Of a DNA stretch of 11,478 bases, positions 7,956 through 11,478 are shown piece after piece (positions within the stretch are counted from its first letter, which is position 1; each line of letters opens with the position of its first letter). A program made the position numbers and the translations under genes. The stretch comes from a virus. Location of the stretch: the UHGV virus genome UHGV-0377753, one strand, 5' to 3'. The notes beneath the pieces were generated by a model. It was not told where the DNA came from. It worked only from the letters and a program-made list of their open reading frames with translations, and made no database searches.

Positions 7956-7987
7956 GCCCTTCTTCAGGGCTTAATTTTTAAGAGCAT
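7956..7987 (-). promoter_or_regulatory. nutL: nutL (boxB hairpin 7956-7970, GCCCTGAAGAAGGGC on the minus strand; boxA 7978-7986)
   Basis: Exact lambda nutL boxB on the minus strand; the adjacent boxA reads TGCTCTTAA on the minus strand. Confidence 0.85.
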
Positions 7988-8019
7988 CACCTTCATGTGG
8001 GTTAGTGCGTCCTGCTGGT

Positions 8020-8090
8020 GTGTTTAGTATCACCGCTAGTGGTATTTGTGTCAACACCGCCAGAGATAATTTATCACCGCAGATGGTTAT
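8020..8090 (-). promoter_or_regulatory. pL promoter with operators oL1 (8028-8044), oL2 (8052-8068), oL3 (8072-8088)
   Basis: -35 TTGACA (revcomp of 8049-8054) and -10 GATACT (revcomp of 8026-8031) on the minus strand. Three 17-bp CI/Cro operator half-site pairs: tatcaccgctagtggta, caacaccgccagagata, tatcaccgcagatggtt. Confidence 0.9.
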
Positions 8091-8242
8091 CTGTATGTTT
8101 TTTATATAGATTTATTTTTTGCAGGGTTGTGTGGCTTGGGAGGTGATCGAGAGATCAGAATTGCGTTGTTTAGTGAGTTGCACCTATTAATTTTAAAATA
8201 AATACAATTGGTTATGTGTTTTTAGGTGGGGCGATCGTGAGG

Positions 8243-8269
8243 CAAAGAAAACCCGGCTCGGTGGCCGGG
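8243..8269 (-). terminator. Intrinsic terminator ending the cI-distal immunity transcript, immediately after the NYN gene stop
   Basis: Stem cccggc/gccggg (8252-8257 / 8264-8269) with loop tcggtg, followed on the minus strand by UUUUCUUUG. It sits where lambda has the terminator after rexB. Confidence 0.7.
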
Positions 8270-8278
8270 TTGATGGGA

Positions 8279-9136
8279 TTATCGTTTATTTCTTTGATGT
8301 TTCTTTGCAGACTCAGCTTGAGTGTTTCCATACCTGCGTTTACCGCTATTGTTTTTTCCCCTAGGCTTGCCTTTTTTTCGATCTTCCCACCAGTCAGGTG
8401 CCGGGTCTGGCTCAACATGTAAAGCATCGGCAAGTCCTGATATCAAGCTGTATGACTGAACTCCATCAATGTGCTCTGACAGTGATGGGGTAACATTCTG
8501 TCTTAGTGGATCAAGAATAAAATCAATACCTTTAATTCTGGCGTGTTTGGCGGCAGGCACAAAGTCTGAGTCCCCAGCAACAAGGACAATTACATCAACA
8601 AGTTTTTCATAAGCTAAAGTCGTGATATCCATCCCTAGCTTGATATCAACTTGTTTTTGTTTGATGTCATAGTAAAAATCATCATTTGTCAGTTCATCCC
8701 ATTTTTTCGTTCCTTTCATCAGAGCATCAAGGGAGAATGTAGTTAGTTGCCATCGCTTATTATCAACAAGATTCCCTAATCTTAAGGCTGTTTTTCGAGT
8801 TTTTCTTAACTCTTCATGCAGCTCCGTTCTCAGAATATATGATTTTTCGAGTTTGAAATTCTTGCGACCAGGCGTCTTATTGCCAGGCTCAGGAAGTGGA
8901 AGGCGTGTTTGAATGTCGAGTGGTGGACAGTCATAGAAGTAAATTCTATAAAGCTCAAGCGGTTCCCTACGTTCTTGTGATTGACGTTTTCCATTAAGAT
9001 GGGAAAGAACCATTGACCATATTACTTTCATTATGCATTGCGCAGTCAGTTCATGCTCGGCGAAGTGTTTACGATGCGTAGCATGAACACGCTGCATGAA
9101 AAAACCCGCATCAATTAAAATTGCTGCTTTCTTCAT
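8279..9136 (-). CDS. NYN-domain (PIN-like, LabA/YacP-type) predicted RNase with a highly basic C-terminal tail, 285 aa; occupies the rexA-rexB slot between cI and pL
   Basis: N-terminal motif MKKAAILIDAGFF and C-terminal motif DIKLGMDITTLAYEKLVDVIVLVAGDSDFVPAAKHARIKGIDFIL match the two conserved NYN blocks (Asp in IDAG; GDSDF). The tail WWEDRKKGKPRGKNNSGKRRYGNTQAESAKKHQRNKR is Lys/Arg-rich. AT-rich codon usage. Confidence 0.8.
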   Translation of the reverse strand: MKKAAILIDAGFFMQRVHATHRKHFAEHELTAQCIMKVIWSMVLSHLNGKRQSQERREPLELYRIYFYDCPPLDIQTRLPLPEPGNKTPGRKNFKLEKSYILRTELHEELRKTRKTALRLGNLVDNKRWQLTTFSLDALMKGTKKWDELTNDDFYYDIKQKQVDIKLGMDITTLAYEKLVDVIVLVAGDSDFVPAAKHARIKGIDFILDPLRQNVTPSLSEHIDGVQSYSLISGLADALHVEPDPAPDWWEDRKKGKPRGKNNSGKRRYGNTQAESAKKHQRNKR

Positions 9137-9216
9137 AAGAGTCCCAAAAAAATAGCCCAGAGCCGTTATGCAGATATTAACAATTGTCTGCGAACGGGGC
9201 TGGGCTTGGTTTAATT

Positions 9217-9246
9217 AATCTATGCCAAGTTGACTGTGCCGTCAAC
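9217..9246 (-). promoter_or_regulatory. Predicted sigma70 promoter for the NYN gene (-35 TTGACG, 17-bp spacer, -10 TAGATT) overlapping a perfect inverted repeat GTTGAC-N6-GTCAAC (9229-9246)
   Basis: Minus strand reads TTGACGgcacagtcaacttggcaTAGATT; the palindrome gttgactgtgccgtcaac spans the -35 and spacer. Confidence 0.55.
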
Positions 9247-9263
9247 ATAAAACTTACTTCCTA

Positions 9264-9980
<717 letters not shown>

Positions 9981-9983
9981 TTA

Positions 9984-10052
9984 AATCTATCACCGCAAGG
10001 GATAAATATCTAACACCGTGCGTGTTGACTATTTTACCTCTGGCGGTGATAA
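9984..10052. promoter_or_regulatory. Right operator: oR3 (9988-10004), oR2 (10011-10027), oR1 (10035-10051); pRM on the minus strand (-10 9984-9989, -35 10007-10012); pR on the plus strand (-35 TTGACT 10025-10030, -10 GATAAT 10047-10052)
   Basis: tatcaccgcaagggata / taacaccgtgcgtgttg / tacctctggcggtgata are the lambda oR3, oR2 and oR1 sequences. Confidence 0.93.
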
Positions 10053-10068
10053 TAGTTGCATGTACTAA

Positions 10069-10278
<210 letters not shown>

Positions 10279-10285
10279 ATAACCC

Positions 10286-10317
10286 CGCTCTTACCCATCC
10301 CCGCCCTGAAAAAGGGC
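10286..10317 (+). promoter_or_regulatory. nutR: nutR (boxA CGCTCTTAC 10286-10294; boxB GCCCTGAAAAAGGGC 10303-10317)
   Basis: Canonical lambda nutR boxA and boxB hairpin sequence. Confidence 0.9.
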
Positions 10318-10390
10318 ATCCAATTAAACCACACCTATGGTGTATGCATTTATTTGCATACATTCAATCAATTGTTATCTAAGGAAATAC
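10318..10390 (+). terminator. tR1 region (Rho-dependent terminator between nutR and cII)
   Basis: Positional equivalence to lambda tR1; C-rich, unstructured RNA (accacacctatggtgtatgcatttatttgcatacattcaatcaattg). No intrinsic hairpin plus U-tract is expected here. Confidence 0.5.
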
Positions 10391-10425
10391 TTACATATGG
10401 TTCGTGCAAACAAACGCAACGAGGC
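10385..10425 (-). promoter_or_regulatory. pRE with cII-binding TTGC-N6-TTGC (10406-10419) inside the 5' end of cII
   Basis: Minus strand reads cgTTGCgtttgtTTGCacgaaccatatg, the direct repeat recognised by CII at pRE. Confidence 0.7.
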
Positions 10426-10690
10426 ACTACGAATCGAGAGTGCGTTGCTTAACAAAATCGCAATGCTTGGAACTGAGAAGACAGCGGAAGCTGTGGGAGT
10501 TGATAAGTCGCAGATCAGCAGGTGGAAGAGAGACTGGATTCCCAAGTTCTCAATGCTGCTTGCTGTTCTTGAATGGGGGGTCGTTGACGACGACATGGCT
10601 CGATTGGCGCGACAAGTTGCTGCGATTCTCACCAATAAAAAACGCCCGGCGGCAACCGAGCGTTCTGAACAAATCCAGATGGAGTTCTGA
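10397..10690 (+). CDS. cII: CII transcriptional activator, 97 aa
   Basis: Translation from MVRANKRNEALRIESALLNKIAMLGTEKTAEAVGVDKSQISRWKRDWIPKFSMLLAVLEWGVVDDDMARLARQVAAILTNKKRPAATERSEQIQMEF matches lambda CII; the track ORF is extended upstream. Confidence 0.95.
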   Translation: MVRANKRNEALRIESALLNKIAMLGTEKTAEAVGVDKSQISRWKRDWIPKFSMLLAVLEWGVVDDDMARLARQVAAILTNKKRPAATERSEQIQMEF

Positions 10691-10712
10691 GGTCATTACT
10701 GGATCTATCAAC
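10636..10712 (-). ncRNA. oop: oop antisense RNA (approximate ends), overlapping the 3' end of cII
   Basis: The minus-strand RNA ends in a GC-rich hairpin (gccgccgggcg) followed by UUUUUUAUU (forward 10634-10652); location between cII and O as in lambda. Ends are estimated from memory of the lambda map, not measured. Confidence 0.5.
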
Positions 10713-10722
10713 AGGAGTCATT

Positions 10723-11451
10723 ATGACAAATACAGCAAAAATACTCAACTTCGGCAGAGGTAACTTTGCCGGACAGGAGCGTAATGTGGCAGATCTCGAT
10801 GATGGTTACGCCAGACTATCAAATATGCTGCTTGAGGCTTATTCGGGCGCAGATCTGACCAAGCGACAGTTTAAAGTGCTGCTTGCCATTCTGCGTAAAA
10901 CCTATGGGTGGAATAAACCAATGGACAGAATCACCGATTCTCAACTTAGCGAGATTACAAAGTTACCTGTCAAACGGTGCAATGAAGCCAAGTTAGAACT
11001 CGTCAGAATGAATATTATCAAGCAGCAAGGCGGCATGTTTGGACCAAATAAAAACATCTCAGAATGGTGTATCCCTCAAAACGAGGGACAATCCCCTAAA
11101 ACGAGGGATAAAACATCCCTCAAATTGGGGGATTGCTATCCCTCAAAACAGGGGGACACAAAAGACACTATTACAAAAGAAAAAAGAAAAGATTATTCGT
11201 CAGAGAATTCTGGCGAATCCTCTGACCAGCCAGAAAACGATCTTTCTGTGGTTAAACCGGATGCTGCAATTCAGAGCGGCAGCAAGTGGGGGACAGCAGA
11301 AGACCTGACCGCCACAGAGTGGATGTTTGACATGGTGACCATCTGTGCGGCGATGTTTTTCATAAATCCACCCCGTAAATCCAGTCAGTGTTTGTCAGGT
11401 CGAGTTTTGGTTTGCTGGCTGTCACGCCTGCCTGTTGCTTGTTACGGTTGA
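10723..11451 (+). CDS. O: Replication initiator O, N-terminal about 205 codons intact (iteron-binding domain); the frame departs from O after ...EWMFDMV at 11338 and ends in 36 unrelated residues
   Basis: Translation MTNTAKILNFGRGNFAGQERNVADLDDGYARLSNMLLEAYSGADLTKRQFKVLLAILRKTYGWNKPMDRITDSQLSEITKLPVKRCNEAKLELVRMNIIKQQGGMFGPNKNISEWCIPQNEGQSPKTRDK... matches lambda O up to FDMV; the tail TICAAMFFINPPRKSSQCLSGRVLVCWLSRLPVACYG is the antisense of the O/P junction. Confidence 0.8.
   Translation: MTNTAKILNFGRGNFAGQERNVADLDDGYARLSNMLLEAYSGADLTKRQFKVLLAILRKTYGWNKPMDRITDSQLSEITKLPVKRCNEAKLELVRMNIIKQQGGMFGPNKNISEWCIPQNEGQSPKTRDKTSLKLGDCYPSKQGDTKDTITKEKRKDYSSENSGESSDQPENDLSVVKPDAAIQSGSKWGTAEDLTATEWMFDMVTICAAMFFINPPRKSSQCLSGRVLVCWLSRLPVACYG
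11071..11200. repeat. ori-lambda: four O-binding iterons (11071-11088, 11091-11108, 11115-11132, 11137-11155) followed by an AT-rich unwinding region
   Basis: Iterons atccctcaaaacgaggga / atcccctaaaacgaggga / atccctcaaattggggga / atccctcaaaacaggggga, then acaaaagacactattacaaaagaaaaaagaaaag. Confidence 0.9.
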
Positions 11452-11478
11452 TTTCGAGCTGGGTCCACTTGTCGCGGA
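11339..11478 (-). pseudogene. Inverted fragment carrying the O 3' end (at least 38 codons, ...RDKWTQLEINRNKQQAGVTASKPKLDLTNTDWIYGVDL*) and the first 8 codons of P (MKNIAAQM) on the minus strand
   Basis: The reverse complement of 11341-11478 reads cgcgacaagtggacccagctcgaaatcaaccgtaacaagcaacaggcaggcgtgacagccagcaaaccaaaactcgacctgacaaacactgactggatttacggggtggatttATGAaaaacatcgccgcacagat, i.e. the O C-terminus with the O-stop/P-start ATGA overlap. Confidence 0.75.

Noticed and set aside
8212-8433. ORFs 8212-8433 (minus) and 8216-8422 (plus)
   Set aside because: They overlap the NYN gene 3' end and terminator in the wrong frame or strand.
10375-10763. ORFs 10375-10635 (minus) and 10404-10763 (plus)
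   Set aside because: Alternative-frame overlaps of cII; the minus-strand one coincides with oop/pRE antisense RNA rather than a coding gene.
11039-11308. Plus-strand ORF 11039-11308 (89 aa) and the tandem repeats at 11071-11155
   Set aside because: The ORF is an alternative frame inside O. The repeats are the four ori-lambda iterons with an AT-rich region, not a CRISPR array (no spacers, repeats about 18 bp with 2-5 bp gaps).

Overview
This window is the left end and early/immunity region of a lambda-family prophage integrated at the E. coli attB(lambda) site. Bases 1-46 are host flank, followed by the attL core and P' arm, then the leftward operon: int, xis, orf55, ea22, a TraR-like orf73, an orf61-region ORF, orf63, orf60a, exo, bet, gam, kil, cIII, ea10 and N. 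The immunity region (oL/pL, cI, oR/pRM/pR, cro, nutR, cII, oop, O with ori iterons) is lambda-type. All lambda comparisons are from memory; no alignment was run. Four things stand out. (1) The rexA-rexB slot between cI and the pL-proximal terminator holds a single 285-aa NYN-domain (predicted RNase) gene with its own promoter and a palindromic putative operator; this is the best candidate for an undescribed lysogen-expressed defence/exclusion module. (2) The ral/sieB slot between ea10 and N holds an AT-rich 164-aa coiled-coil protein with a C-terminal C4 zinc ribbon. (3) The ea8.5 slot holds a secreted DUF1311-like protein as a self-contained moron (promoter, gene, terminator). (4) The O reading frame breaks at 11338/11339 and the remaining 140 bp is the reverse complement of the O 3' end and P 5' end, indicating an inversion or assembly breakpoint. 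Smaller points are a 46-codon cIII, a stop-interrupted orf61 frame and a possible nutL boxA variant. No tRNA, rRNA or CRISPR array was seen.
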